From a bacterium (lineage in GTDB: Bacteria; UBA8248), in the NCBI GenBank assembly GCA_965213625.1, contig CBDBZU010000004.1:3264001-3328000 (forward strand): a DNA stretch of 64,000 nucleotides. The letters run 5' to 3'. A model generated the notes under the pieces. The model was not told where the DNA came from. It searched no databases and saw only the letters and a list, made by a program, of their open reading frames with translations. The position numbers and the translations under genes were made by a program. The number at the start of each line of letters is the position of its first letter. Position 1 is the stretch's first letter. Positions 46,571 to 56,630 of the stretch are shown here, one piece after another.

Positions 46571-47257
46571 TCAGGAAAACCGCTCGCGCAGGAGGGTCCA
46601 CACGGCGATAAAGCCGTCTCGCCAGGTGATTTTCTTGCCCTCCGCATAGGTGCGGCCGTAGTAGGATATCGGCACCTCGTAGATGCGCCATTTCGCGGGT
46701 TTCAGGATTTTTGCTGTAAATTCCGGCTCGAAGTCGAACCCCTTGGCGCGAATTGTCATATCCTTCACCACCTCACGGCGGAACATCTTGTAGCAGGTTT
46801 CCATGTCGGTGAGCGTACAGTTGAACAACATGTTGGCGAGAGTGGTCAGCATGTGGTTTCCCACCTTGTGCCAGAACATGTGCACACGCTGGGGCTTTCC
46901 GCCGAAGCGCGTGCCGTAGACCACGTCGGCCGCCCCCCGGCGGATGGGATCGTAAAGATCGGCGTATTCGGCAGGGTCGTATTCGAGGTCCGCATCCTGC
47001 ACGACGATCACGTCCCCGTTCGCCGCCGCGAATCCATCGCACAATGCAGCTCCCTTCCCCTCGTTTTTCTCCCGGTAAATGACGCGCGCACCGTTTTGTT
47101 CGATCTCGGCCAGGATGTCCCGGGTGCCGTCCGTACTGCCGTCGTCAACGATGATGAGCTCGATGTTCATCGGCACCGCCCGGACTCTTGCGACAATTTC
47201 GCGAATCGTGTCCCGCTCATTAAAACATGGCATCACCACGCTTAGTAAATCCGTCAT
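46571..47257 (-). CDS. GT2 glycosyltransferase (DPM synthase-like)
   Basis: P.FNE, VDDGSTDGT, QDADLEYDP, TDMETCYK, EGKKI.W.DG. Confidence 0.93.
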   Translation of the reverse strand: MTDLLSVVMPCFNERDTIREIVARVRAVPMNIELIIVDDGSTDGTRDILAEIEQNGARVIYREKNEGKGAALCDGFAAANGDVIVVQDADLEYDPAEYADLYDPIRRGAADVVYGTRFGGKPQRVHMFWHKVGNHMLTTLANMLFNCTLTDMETCYKMFRREVVKDMTIRAKGFDFEPEFTAKILKPAKWRIYEVPISYYGRTYAEGKKITWRDGFIAVWTLLRERFS

Positions 47258-47470
47258 TGGGCCACCATCGCTCACAGCAGATCTCTCCATCAAGGGTCGA
47301 GCACTTCATTCGTTTATGAGGGCATCGCGCCAAAGCCTACATCCTCACCCCCGCACGGTCAATTTATTTTAATCGCCAATGGCTCTCAGGCTTGGCAAGC
47401 GCTCCCCCCCGTGAGAGTATTGCCGCGTCCAGGAATTCATCGAAAATGATCATATTTTCGGGATTATGAA

Positions 47471-48598
47471 ATGCCGTCGCCCCTGCTCGATAGAATGAAG
47501 ACGCTCTGTTCCCTGCCCGGCCCTCCCGGCCACGAAGGCGCCGTGCGCGACACCATCGCGGAGATGCTAAAAGACAGCGCGAGTGCGTTGCGGCGCGACC
47601 CTATCGGGAACCTCATTGCCCGCCACGATGCGAACGAAGCGGCTCCTCACCTCGTTCTGGAGTGCCACATGGACGAGGTCGGCTTCATCGTCACGGGCGT
47701 GGAAGCGGGCGGCGCCATCCGCTTCGAAAAAGTGGGACTCGTGGCGGACGCGATTTTCCCGGGACGCGAGGTCTCTCTCCTGACACTGGACGGAAATCTT
47801 CACCGGGGTGTCGTCAACGTGCGCAGCGGGCATCTCCAGTCCTTACAGGGCCAGGAACACCCCGGCGTCGATGAGATGTGGATTGATTTAGGCGCTTCGG
47901 ACGATGCGCCGATTCGCGCCCTCGGCATTGAGGCGGGCACACCGGGTGTATTCCACAGCCCCTTCATCCAACTCCCCGGCGGAGCGTGGAAGTCGAAGGC
48001 GGTGGACAACCGCTCGGGCTGCGCCCTGTGCGTGGAGGCGTTCATCAACACCGCCAACTCGCTCTCGGACAAGCTCCGCCTGAGCGCCGCCTTTTGCGCG
48101 CAAGAGGAAATCGGCGGGCGCGGCGCCTCTGTGCTTTCGGTGGATGAGGAAGGGAGAAATCCCGCCTCTCTCGCCATTGTGCTCGACAACGTACCCTCGG
48201 ACGGTCCGGGCCGCTCCGACGCCCGTGGCTCCAAGATCGGAGCAGGGCCGGTATTGCGCAGGTACGATCACCAGCCCACGAGTCTTTACGGCTACATCAC
48301 CCCGCCAGAGCTTATCCAGTGGGTGAAAGACGTGGCGAGCGACGCCCACGTGCCACTGCAGGAAGACGTGTTCGTGGGTACGTTTCTCGATTCCGCCACC
48401 TTGAGCAAATCCCGCCCTGGTGGACTGCCTATCGTGCCGCTCAATATGCCAAGGCGCTATTCCCACAGTCCGGTGGAGACTTTTATGGAATCGGACCTGG
48501 AAGCCATGGCTGCGCTCATCGGTGCTCTTTTGCGCTCCGCTGCCGAGGGAGGTGCGCCGGATTTGAAGCGGGATTATCTATCGCCCTCTGATTCTTAA
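47471..48598 (+). CDS. M42 family metallopeptidase
   Basis: HMDEVG, KAVDNR, QEE.G, R.SHSP.E. Confidence 0.88.
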   Translation: MPSPLLDRMKTLCSLPGPPGHEGAVRDTIAEMLKDSASALRRDPIGNLIARHDANEAAPHLVLECHMDEVGFIVTGVEAGGAIRFEKVGLVADAIFPGREVSLLTLDGNLHRGVVNVRSGHLQSLQGQEHPGVDEMWIDLGASDDAPIRALGIEAGTPGVFHSPFIQLPGGAWKSKAVDNRSGCALCVEAFINTANSLSDKLRLSAAFCAQEEIGGRGASVLSVDEEGRNPASLAIVLDNVPSDGPGRSDARGSKIGAGPVLRRYDHQPTSLYGYITPPELIQWVKDVASDAHVPLQEDVFVGTFLDSATLSKSRPGGLPIVPLNMPRRYSHSPVETFMESDLEAMAALIGALLRSAAEGGAPDLKRDYLSPSDS

Positions 48599-48627
48599 TA
48601 TCTAGCGAAAACCGCACTTTTGGAGAA

Positions 48628-49488
48628 ATGAAACCTGTGTCAAAAGTAATTCGCGTCGCCCATAGCCCCGATTCGGACGATGCCTTCATGTTCCACGCCT
48701 TGGCGAACGGGAAGATCGCGCAGGGAGAATATGAATTCATCCATGAACTCCACGACATCGAGACGCTGAACCAGGCCGCATTCCAAGGCAAATACGAGGT
48801 GAGCGCCATCAGCTTTCACGCGTATTGCCACTTGGCAGACCGCTACGCGATTTTGCCGCACGGGGCGAGTTTCGGGGAAAATTACGGACCTGTCATCATT
48901 TCGCGAGAACCGATGACGACCGAGGCGCTCCGGGACGTGGAAATCGCCATCCCTGGCCTGCTGACGACGGCATACCTCACTCTCCGCCTGTATATGGGAG
49001 GCGAGGAGCCCAAACACCGCGTGGTGCATTTCGACGACATCATGGACGAGGTGAAAAAAGGAGCCTCACCTGCGGGACTTCTCATTCACGAGGGCCAGCT
49101 CACCTATGAGCAGGAGGGCTTTCATCTTGTGGAAGACCTCGGAAAGTGGTGGATGCGCGAAACCGGCGGCCCACTGCCCCTGGGCTGTAACGTCATACGA
49201 AAAGATTTAGGGCCGGAGGTTGTGGTCGAAGTGAGCCGCCTGCTGCACCAGAGCATCGTCTACGCACTCGAAAACCGGGACGAAGCGCTCGACCACGCCA
49301 TGGCCTACGCCAGGGACCTGCCGCGCGATAAGGCGGACGTTTTCGTCGGCATGTACGTGAACGAATGGACGCGCTCATACGGCGACGCCGGGCGAAAGGC
49401 CGTCTCCACGCTGTTGAACCGCGCCGCGGAGGCGGGCATCATACCGAGAAAAATTGAGCCGGAATTCGTATCCTCACCCACCGACTGA
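48628..49488 (+). CDS. mqnD: 1,4-dihydroxy-6-naphthoate synthase (futalosine pathway)
   Basis: HSPDSDDAFMF, DIETLN, G.SFG..YGP, TTAYL, LIHEGQ, PLPLG, MYVN. Confidence 0.88.
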   Translation: MKPVSKVIRVAHSPDSDDAFMFHALANGKIAQGEYEFIHELHDIETLNQAAFQGKYEVSAISFHAYCHLADRYAILPHGASFGENYGPVIISREPMTTEALRDVEIAIPGLLTTAYLTLRLYMGGEEPKHRVVHFDDIMDEVKKGASPAGLLIHEGQLTYEQEGFHLVEDLGKWWMRETGGPLPLGCNVIRKDLGPEVVVEVSRLLHQSIVYALENRDEALDHAMAYARDLPRDKADVFVGMYVNEWTRSYGDAGRKAVSTLLNRAAEAGIIPRKIEPEFVSSPTD

Positions 49489-49505
49489 CAAGCGGAGGCG
49501 GATTC

Positions 49506-49889
49506 ATGCTGGAGGGAATGCACCACATATCCATCAGCGTCGATGACCTCGAAGAAGCGCGCGATTTCTACGCCGGCCTGCTGGAACTTGCGGAAATCGA
49601 CCGCCCGGACCTGCCGAACCCGGGCTACTGGTTCCAGGCGGGAGCCTGCCAGCTTCATCTCACGGGCCGCCAGGAACGCGCGAGCGAAACGAGTATTCCG
49701 GGCACCGGAGCCGGCGAGACTCATTTCGCCTTTGCGGCAACTGATTTGGAACCCGTAAAGCGAAGGCTCGAGATTGCCGGCGTGGACGTAAAAGACGGCG
49801 TCAACGCCGGGCTGGGATTGCGGCAACTGTTCTTCAGAGACCCCTCGGACAACCTCGTGGAAGTGTTCTGCACGCTGGAAGAGTCATGA
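49506..49889 (+). CDS. VOC/glyoxalase family protein
   Basis: HHISI.VDDL....FY, QLHL, HFAF, FFRDP..N.VE. Confidence 0.9.
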   Translation: MLEGMHHISISVDDLEEARDFYAGLLELAEIDRPDLPNPGYWFQAGACQLHLTGRQERASETSIPGTGAGETHFAFAATDLEPVKRRLEIAGVDVKDGVNAGLGLRQLFFRDPSDNLVEVFCTLEES

Positions 49890-49913
49890 TGGAAATCGCA
49901 AGAAGCTTATCCG

Positions 49914-50996
49914 ATGCCGAAACCCAATAATTATTCGACCGGCTTAACCCGCCGCACTTTTCTCCTAGGTCTCGGCGCTGCGGCGGCTGGCCTGAGTCTT
50001 TCACCTCGGAACGCCTGGAGCACCGAAAACAAAAAGCTGAACTTCTACAACTGGGACACCTATATCGGCGAAACCACGCTGGCCGATTTCAAGGCCGCCA
50101 GCGGGGTTGAAGTGAAGATGGATATATTCGCCGACAACGATGAATTATTCGCCAAACTTAAACAAGGCAATCCCGGCTATGACGTCATCGTGCCGACAAA
50201 CAACTACGTCGATCGCATGATCGCTGCCGGTATTCTGATGCCGCTCGATCATTCCCTGATCCCCAACAAAGCGAACATCGACCCGATTTTTCAGAACGCC
50301 GCCTATGATCCGGGCCGCAAGTATTCCCAGCCCTATATGTGGGGCACGGCCGGGATAGGCTACCGGAAATCCCGCGTCGAGGGCATTCCTGACAGTTGGA
50401 AGTGGCTGCTTGCTTCGGATAAATACAAGGGCCGCATCGCCCTTATGGGTGATAAGAGCACAGCAATTCAGATGGGGCTCAAACTATTGGGTCACTCCCT
50501 GAACACAACCGACGGCTCCTTGGTAAAGCAGGTGGAGGATATGCTCATCCGCCAGAAGCCCCACATCAAGTTATTCGCCGAGGATGATGGCCAGGACTTG
50601 CTGCTCGCAGGCGAGGTCGATCTGGCCATGGAGTGGAACGGCGACATACTCCAGGTCATGAAAAAAGACGCCGACATCGGATACGTCGTACCCAGGGAAG
50701 GGGGACTCTTGTGGCAGGATTGCCTGTGCATTCCCAAAAGTGCGCCACACCCGCAAAACGCGCACAATTTCATCAATTTTCTTTTGAGAGCCGACGTGGG
50801 CGCTTCGATTGCCGACTTCATCCAGTACGCCACTCCAAACGCGGCGGCGAAAGCCAGAACGTCGGCTGACTACCGGAATAATACGGCCATTTTTCCGCCT
50901 CCTGAAGTCACCAAAGCGTCGGAGTTTCCGGTATATCTGGGCGAGGACTACGAACGCCTGATCGAGAAAACCTGGGCGCGCATCCAGGCAGCCTGA
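49914..50996 (+). CDS. Polyamine ABC transporter substrate-binding protein (PotD/PotF family), Tat signal
   Basis: TRRTFL; YNWDTYI, YDVIVP, PYMWGT.GI.Y, WNGD, P.EG...W.D. Confidence 0.92.
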   Translation: MPKPNNYSTGLTRRTFLLGLGAAAAGLSLSPRNAWSTENKKLNFYNWDTYIGETTLADFKAASGVEVKMDIFADNDELFAKLKQGNPGYDVIVPTNNYVDRMIAAGILMPLDHSLIPNKANIDPIFQNAAYDPGRKYSQPYMWGTAGIGYRKSRVEGIPDSWKWLLASDKYKGRIALMGDKSTAIQMGLKLLGHSLNTTDGSLVKQVEDMLIRQKPHIKLFAEDDGQDLLLAGEVDLAMEWNGDILQVMKKDADIGYVVPREGGLLWQDCLCIPKSAPHPQNAHNFINFLLRADVGASIADFIQYATPNAAAKARTSADYRNNTAIFPPPEVTKASEFPVYLGEDYERLIEKTWARIQAA

Positions 50997-51015
50997 GCGA
51001 GATAAGGACACCACC

Positions 51016-51444
51016 ATGAAGCAAAACAGATTTCACCTGGCCGGGGCCGTACCCTGGCGTAAGACCGAGGATGGGTTGGAAATCCTCCTCATCACGGCGC
51101 GCGACAGACCCCTGGACGACGACAATTTCTGGTGGATCGTGCCCCAGGGCGGCGTGGAGCCGGGGCAGACCGCCCAGGAAGCCGCCATCGCCGAAACCTG
51201 GGAGGAAGGCGGTGTCCGAGGCATGGCGTCGGAGGAGCCCATAGCGCGTTATGAATACGACATCGGCGCGGGCAGGTGCAAGGTCGACATCTACGAAATC
51301 GAGGTCGACGTCGTCGAGGACGACTGGCCCGAGAGCCACGAACGAAGGCGCGTCTGGCTGTCCCCCGAGGACGCCCTGGATACCATCTCGGGAGAAACGC
51401 TTAAAACTATCCTGGAAGAATTCCTGCGGAGAAAGGGAATTTAG
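51016..51444 (+). CDS. NUDIX hydrolase
   Basis: GGVEPGQTAQEAAIAETWEEGG Nudix box; WPE...R.R.W. Confidence 0.88.
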   Translation: MKQNRFHLAGAVPWRKTEDGLEILLITARDRPLDDDNFWWIVPQGGVEPGQTAQEAAIAETWEEGGVRGMASEEPIARYEYDIGAGRCKVDIYEIEVDVVEDDWPESHERRRVWLSPEDALDTISGETLKTILEEFLRRKGI

Positions 51445-52136
51445 GGCTTTCGCGCCACTATGAGCACGCGGTTGTAGTGCAAATACAACGGCGAGGCCAA
51501 TAAGCCCGCGGCCGCAAGCCACGCGAGTTGATCATCCAGTTTTGCGGGGTAATCGTCTTTCGAATCGTAGCGCTCTCGATATTCCTGATAGCTCATCGGC
51601 GCATCCACACCCCGGTTCTGACGAATCCACACGCGCTCATACGCATCGGGAAAGTCGTCAAAGCGCGTCTGGAACCGGTCCAGTATGTAAAACGCGCCTC
51701 CCGGACGAAGCAATTCGAACACTTTTTCATAGACAACGCGTTTGCTCTCATGCGGAATCTCGTGCAGGGCCTGGCTGCTGAATACCGCCGCATAAGGCGC
51801 ATGGGGAAACTCGACCGCCCTCAGACGGTTCATATCGCCCGGAAGTGGATAATATCTGTCCCCATTAGCGTGCAGGCGCTCTGAGGCGAGTTTCAACATC
51901 TCCTCCGAGCTATCGAGGCATACTATACTTGCATGGGGTATGCGTTCGAAAATGAGGGCTTCCACCTGCCCCGAACCGGAACCCAAATCCAGCATCCAGC
52001 CATCATCCGGCCCCACACTTTCGAGAAGGGTGATCAACAAATCGAGTTGATTCGCCCGGTCGGGATTGTCCCGCGCCGCGTTCACCGCATCCCAGTTTTG
52101 GGCGAAACTCCCCTCTCCCCAGGCGTCTTTCTTCAT
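51441..52136 (-). CDS. Class I SAM-dependent methyltransferase
   Basis: LDLGSGSG, LDSS.EML, LRPGG; start overlaps the stop of the upstream PrpD gene. Confidence 0.87.
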   Translation of the reverse strand: MKKDAWGEGSFAQNWDAVNAARDNPDRANQLDLLITLLESVGPDDGWMLDLGSGSGQVEALIFERIPHASIVCLDSSEEMLKLASERLHANGDRYYPLPGDMNRLRAVEFPHAPYAAVFSSQALHEIPHESKRVVYEKVFELLRPGGAFYILDRFQTRFDDFPDAYERVWIRQNRGVDAPMSYQEYRERYDSKDDYPAKLDDQLAWLAAAGLLASPLYLHYNRVLIVARKP

Positions 52137-53512
52137 CAAGCAGCCCTGCAAGCGTTCATCAAAGAGCTCGCGTCCGGCGCCATTTCGAACGCCACGACGG
52201 CCTTAACGGCGGATTCGACTTTGGTCTCGGGCAGAACGCGGCTCGCATTGCCCCGGAACTTGGCCTGCACGTCCGTCCATTCCATCGGGTTTTCGGGATT
52301 TCCCCAGTTTATGGGTTCATCCCGCTCCAGGACGCGGCCGTCTTTGAGCGTCATTTTCACGCCGCCGTGCAGGTATTTGGGAAAGCGACCCGAATCCACG
52401 CCCGAGCACTTCACCTTCCCGGCCAGTTCGAGCACCTGCTGATCGCTCAGATTTTCTTCCTCGAAATCATCGAGCGTAGCCCGGCCCTTCACCACGTTCA
52501 CCGCCAGACAAAATGGCAGGCTGAAAAGCGCCGCATACTGGGTGTTGGGCTTTCTCTTGTGCTCGATGGGTTCGCATACGATGTGGAGGACCGGCTCGGG
52601 CGTGATGGTCTCGATCTCATCGATCTCACCAATAGATATGCCCGCTTCGCTCACCAGATTTTTGGCCGCATCCATCGTCGCGTGATTGAAATGGCAGCAA
52701 GGATAGGGTTTGAACGATATGCGCAGCGTCTCCCATCGTTCCCCGAGTCCGCCCGCCAGGATTTCCGCATCGTAGGCCGGCTCGCTCAAGTGCGTGGCAT
52801 AAAGGCCGAACCTGCCTTCCAGGACCTTTCGGGGACCCATGAATCCGTGCCCCGCCATCTGCGCGGCGGTGATTCCCGCATGGGAAGCCCAGCCCGGATG
52901 GAAGCGCTTCACCCAGCTTCCATCGTCCAGAAACTCCTGAATCCCCGCCGCCTGGCTCCCGCACACGCCGAAGGCGTTGGCGATTGCCTCGGGCGAATGC
53001 TTCATCAGACGCCCCATAATGGCCGCCGCACCAAATGCGCCGCATATCGGCGTGGCGTGATAACCCTCGGCGTGAAACGCCCCCGGCACCGCGCCCCCGA
53101 TTCTGGCGATGACTTCATAACCCGCCACCATGGCCGCTAAAATATCCTGGCCGCTTGCGCCCACCGCCTCGCCCGCTGCCAAAGCCGTTGGCACCACACA
53201 GGCGCTCATGTGGGTGATGGAATCCGTATGCGTGTCGTCGAAATCAAGGCCATGCACGTAGCTGCCATTCACCATGGCGGTGTGTGCGACGGGCAGCTTG
53301 TCCCCATAGCGCCAGATCGTGGCCTGTGGATTACCGCCCCAATCGCGCGCCGTTTTCGTTACCGCGTCGGCGTATGGCTCCCTCGTTGCAGCAAGTCCTA
53401 TCCCCAAGGCATCCAAAAGGTGGAGCTTCGCCTTATCGACCACCTGCCCGGGAATGTCCTCAAAAGATAAACCGGCGGCGAATTGCGCCAGTTTGTCGCT
53501 CATCGTTTCCAT
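52136..53512 (-). CDS. MmgE/PrpD family protein (copy 4)
   Basis: HGLDFDDTH, GYHAT, KRFHPGW, KPYPCCHFNH, FSLPF. Confidence 0.93.
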   Translation of the reverse strand: METMSDKLAQFAAGLSFEDIPGQVVDKAKLHLLDALGIGLAATREPYADAVTKTARDWGGNPQATIWRYGDKLPVAHTAMVNGSYVHGLDFDDTHTDSITHMSACVVPTALAAGEAVGASGQDILAAMVAGYEVIARIGGAVPGAFHAEGYHATPICGAFGAAAIMGRLMKHSPEAIANAFGVCGSQAAGIQEFLDDGSWVKRFHPGWASHAGITAAQMAGHGFMGPRKVLEGRFGLYATHLSEPAYDAEILAGGLGERWETLRISFKPYPCCHFNHATMDAAKNLVSEAGISIGEIDEIETITPEPVLHIVCEPIEHKRKPNTQYAALFSLPFCLAVNVVKGRATLDDFEEENLSDQQVLELAGKVKCSGVDSGRFPKYLHGGVKMTLKDGRVLERDEPINWGNPENPMEWTDVQAKFRGNASRVLPETKVESAVKAVVAFEMAPDASSLMNACRAA

Positions 53513-53539
53513 GTTCGTCTCCCGATCCTGAGTCCGCTC

Positions 53540-54904
53540 CTAGGCAAGATTCGTCACCAATCCGCTCATCGTTTCCATCTCATCGAGGTGCGAGGCGGCC
53601 TTTATCAACGCATCCTGTGCGTCAGGCGATATAACGCCTCCCGTTATCTGTCTGAATTTCCCCGCCACCATATCGAAATCCATCGGGTTCTGGGGCGAGC
53701 CCTTGGGTCCGGCGATGCGACTCTCGAGCTCACGGCCATCACGCGTGCGAATCGCCACTTTGGCAGGAAAGGTTTTGGGATAGAGCTGTTCGATCTCAGG
53801 GTCCACCGTGAAGCGCGCCCGCCGCGCGAGACTCACCAACTCAGGGTCGGCGATGCGTTCGGGAGTGAACTGGCCAGGCCCTGCCTCCCCGTCGGTCAGC
53901 GCAACTGCGGCGCAATACTCGATGTTCATCTGTGCGCGGAGTGAACTCACCGGCTCATAACGCCAGGAACATTGCTGCTTCACCACGCTGTGGTTCAATA
54001 TCTCCATTTCTTCCACGTCATCAGGAGCGACGCCATGTTCCCTGCGCAGGGCGAGAACGGCGTCGATGGTCGAATGTGTGCTCCCGCAACAGCAATATGG
54101 TTTGAAGGAAACTCCCTCCGCCTCCCAATGTTCACCTAAACTTCTTGTCAGCGGCTCAGGGTCCCCGCATCCGCTGAACGCTCGAATGAATCCGCCGTCT
54201 CCGTACTCGAAAATCTCCTTGGGTCCCGTATAGCCGCCCTCTGCTAAAGAGGTTGCCATCAGGCCGCTCTGGGCCGCCCGGCCTGCGTGAAAGCGCTTCG
54301 TCTCCGAGCCATCACACTGAAAGGCCCAAGTCCCCGCCCCCTGTGTTCCCGCTAACCCCAAAGCGTTGGCTGTCTGCTCGGGGTTCAAGCCCATCAGATG
54401 CGCCGCAGCAGCGGCGGCTCCAAAGGGACCGCACAGGCCCGTGAGGTGAAATCCCCGCCTGCGCACCTCCAGGCAGTCGGCGGCGATGCTCGCGCGAATC
54501 ATCGTTTCATAGCCCACGGCGCAGGCGGTCATGAACGTCCTGCCGTCCACGCTTAATTTCTCGGCAAGCGGATACGCGGCAGCGAAGACCACTGCGCCCG
54601 GGTGGAGCTTGGCGCCGCTGTGGTAATCATCAAGTTCGAACGCGTGCATCCAGGTGCCCAGACAAAGCGCGACAGGCCCCACCGGTCCACGCCAGTCGTT
54701 TTTCCAGAGAGTGGATTGCGCGCTTCCACCCTGATCCTGAATGAAACGAGACAGTATGCGTCCCGACTCGGTGGTTGTGCCATAAATTCCGCAGCCGACG
54801 GCGTCCAGAAAATACTTGCGCATACAGGCGCGCAGGTTTGCGGATAAATCTCCATAGGAAGTCTCACTGATGAATCGCGCGAGTTCGCGAGTGTGGCCGT
54901 TCAT
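53540..54904 (-). CDS. MmgE/PrpD family protein (copy 5)
   Basis: HAFELDDYH, HPG, GFHLTG, KRFHAG, KPYCCCGSTH. Confidence 0.93.
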   Translation of the reverse strand: MNGHTRELARFISETSYGDLSANLRACMRKYFLDAVGCGIYGTTTESGRILSRFIQDQGGSAQSTLWKNDWRGPVGPVALCLGTWMHAFELDDYHSGAKLHPGAVVFAAAYPLAEKLSVDGRTFMTACAVGYETMIRASIAADCLEVRRRGFHLTGLCGPFGAAAAAAHLMGLNPEQTANALGLAGTQGAGTWAFQCDGSETKRFHAGRAAQSGLMATSLAEGGYTGPKEIFEYGDGGFIRAFSGCGDPEPLTRSLGEHWEAEGVSFKPYCCCGSTHSTIDAVLALRREHGVAPDDVEEMEILNHSVVKQQCSWRYEPVSSLRAQMNIEYCAAVALTDGEAGPGQFTPERIADPELVSLARRARFTVDPEIEQLYPKTFPAKVAIRTRDGRELESRIAGPKGSPQNPMDFDMVAGKFRQITGGVISPDAQDALIKAASHLDEMETMSGLVTNLA

Positions 54905-54911
54905 TCTAACC

Positions 54912-55787
54912 TCATTTTCTTGGTAGGTATTCTGCTTCTATCGCATGATACGCGTCGTAATCGAGGAGGCGGTAAAGTTCCTTGCGCGTCATCATGTTGT
55001 CCAGATAATCCACCATCGTACCTTTATTTTTCAGTTCATCGAGCAGCAATTCGCCCGCCTTGAGCATCGTGCGCATGATGCTCACTGGAAACAGGACAAA
55101 TTTATAGCCCATCTGCTCAAAATCCTCTTTTGAGATATGTGGCGTCTTGCCGAACTCCGTCATGTTAGCTAGCAGAGGGCCCGGGCAACGCTCGGCATAT
55201 TCGATGAACTCATCACGCGTCTCGAGCGCTTCGATGAAAATGACATCCGCCCCGGCGTCGAGTGCCGCATTGCCGCGTTCGACGGCCTCACCCATACCGT
55301 GGACGTATTTTGCGTCGATTCGCGCCATGACGGCGAAATCCGGATCCTCACGATGGTCCACGGCGGCGCGGATTTTTCCCATAAACTCCTCGCGGCTCAC
55401 CACCTGTTTTCCGTCCAGATGTCCGCAGCGCTTGGGCAGCACCTGATCTTCTATCTGAATACACGCAACGCCCGCACTTTCGAAATCGCGCACAGTGCGC
55501 ACCACGTTCACAGCATTGCCGTAGCCTGTATCTACGTCCACTACCAGCGGGATATCCACGGCGTCGGCCATATACCTCGCGTTCATGAGCACTTCGCTAA
55601 AAGAAGCCAGGCCGTTGTCGGGCAACCCCGCCAAAGCGTTCACCACACCCGCTCCGGACATGTAGACGGCCTCGAATCCCTTGGACGCGATGAGTCTGGC
55701 CGTAAGCGCGTCGTGCGCGCCGGGGATGATCGTCGTCCCCGGTCGTTCAATAATTTTTCTGAATTTTTTTCGTACCGACTCGGCCAT
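54912..55787 (-). CDS. prpB: Methylisocitrate lyase-like (ICL/PEP mutase family)
   Basis: G.HD.L.A, DVDTGYG, EDQ..PKRCGH, ANMTEFGKTP. Confidence 0.82.
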   Translation of the reverse strand: MAESVRKKFRKIIERPGTTIIPGAHDALTARLIASKGFEAVYMSGAGVVNALAGLPDNGLASFSEVLMNARYMADAVDIPLVVDVDTGYGNAVNVVRTVRDFESAGVACIQIEDQVLPKRCGHLDGKQVVSREEFMGKIRAAVDHREDPDFAVMARIDAKYVHGMGEAVERGNAALDAGADVIFIEALETRDEFIEYAERCPGPLLANMTEFGKTPHISKEDFEQMGYKFVLFPVSIMRTMLKAGELLLDELKNKGTMVDYLDNMMTRKELYRLLDYDAYHAIEAEYLPRK

Positions 55788-56031
55788 GCACCTTTCCTTC
55801 CCGGCAAAATCAATGGATTGAAGCGTAGGTCACCTAATCACCGAACCGCATCTTCTCCTTGATATAAAAGAACTTATCCGCCGCCCCCGCCTCAACGCAA
55901 CCACCCTTGATTCTTTCACATCATCCGGCGGCATCGCCATAGCCTAAAGCCGATTTTTCCTTGACAAACCGCCGACGAGAAGTGGCATAATTTCAGATGG
56001 CGTGGGGGGTTAGAACTTGGAGAGTTTTACG

Positions 56032-56568
56032 ATGACGAATGAAAACGAAGACGTGAGTTTCGACGAAAAATATGAAGAAGAATCCAAGGTCAACTCCGAC
56101 CTCAAGCGCGCCCTGGATCTTTTGAATCAAGGCGGCGTTGCCCATGCGAAAGGAAACCTCGACAAGGCCATCGAATTGTATAGGGACTCCATCGCCTACT
56201 ACCCCACAGCAGACGCGCACACCTATCTGGGCTGGATGTACAGCAAACAGGGCCGCCTCGAGGAAGCCATCGAGGAATGCCACATGGCCATAGAGGTCGA
56301 CGATGAGTTCGGAAACCCCTACAACGATATCGGCTGTTATCTCATGCAGTTGGGCGAACTCGATGAGGCGGCCAATTGGCTAGAGAAAGCGAAGGCAGCG
56401 CCGAGATACGAGCCGCGCCATTTCCCCTACATGAACCTGGGTCGTATCTACCTTAAGAAAAAAGAGTACGGCAAGGCGCAAGGCGAGATTTACGAGGCCA
56501 TCAGGCGCGCGCCCGAAGTGGAGGGCCTGAAAAAGAATTTCCTGGAATTGGTGTCGATGCTCAACTAG
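56032..56568 (+). CDS. Tetratricopeptide repeat protein
   Basis: PTADAHTYLGW, GNPYNDIG.YL, APRYEPRHFP..NLG repeats. Confidence 0.88.
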   Translation: MTNENEDVSFDEKYEEESKVNSDLKRALDLLNQGGVAHAKGNLDKAIELYRDSIAYYPTADAHTYLGWMYSKQGRLEEAIEECHMAIEVDDEFGNPYNDIGCYLMQLGELDEAANWLEKAKAAPRYEPRHFPYMNLGRIYLKKKEYGKAQGEIYEAIRRAPEVEGLKKNFLELVSMLN

Positions 56569-56582
56569 AAATCAACCCACGA

Positions 56583-56613
56583 AAAAAGCCGGCCCTTGTG
56601 CGGCCGGCTTTTT
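56583..56613. terminator. Bidirectional intrinsic terminator
   Basis: AAAAAGCCGGCC-7nt-GGCCGGCTTTTT between convergent genes. Confidence 0.85.
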
Positions 56614-56630
56614 CTTTATGCTCTCGATGA

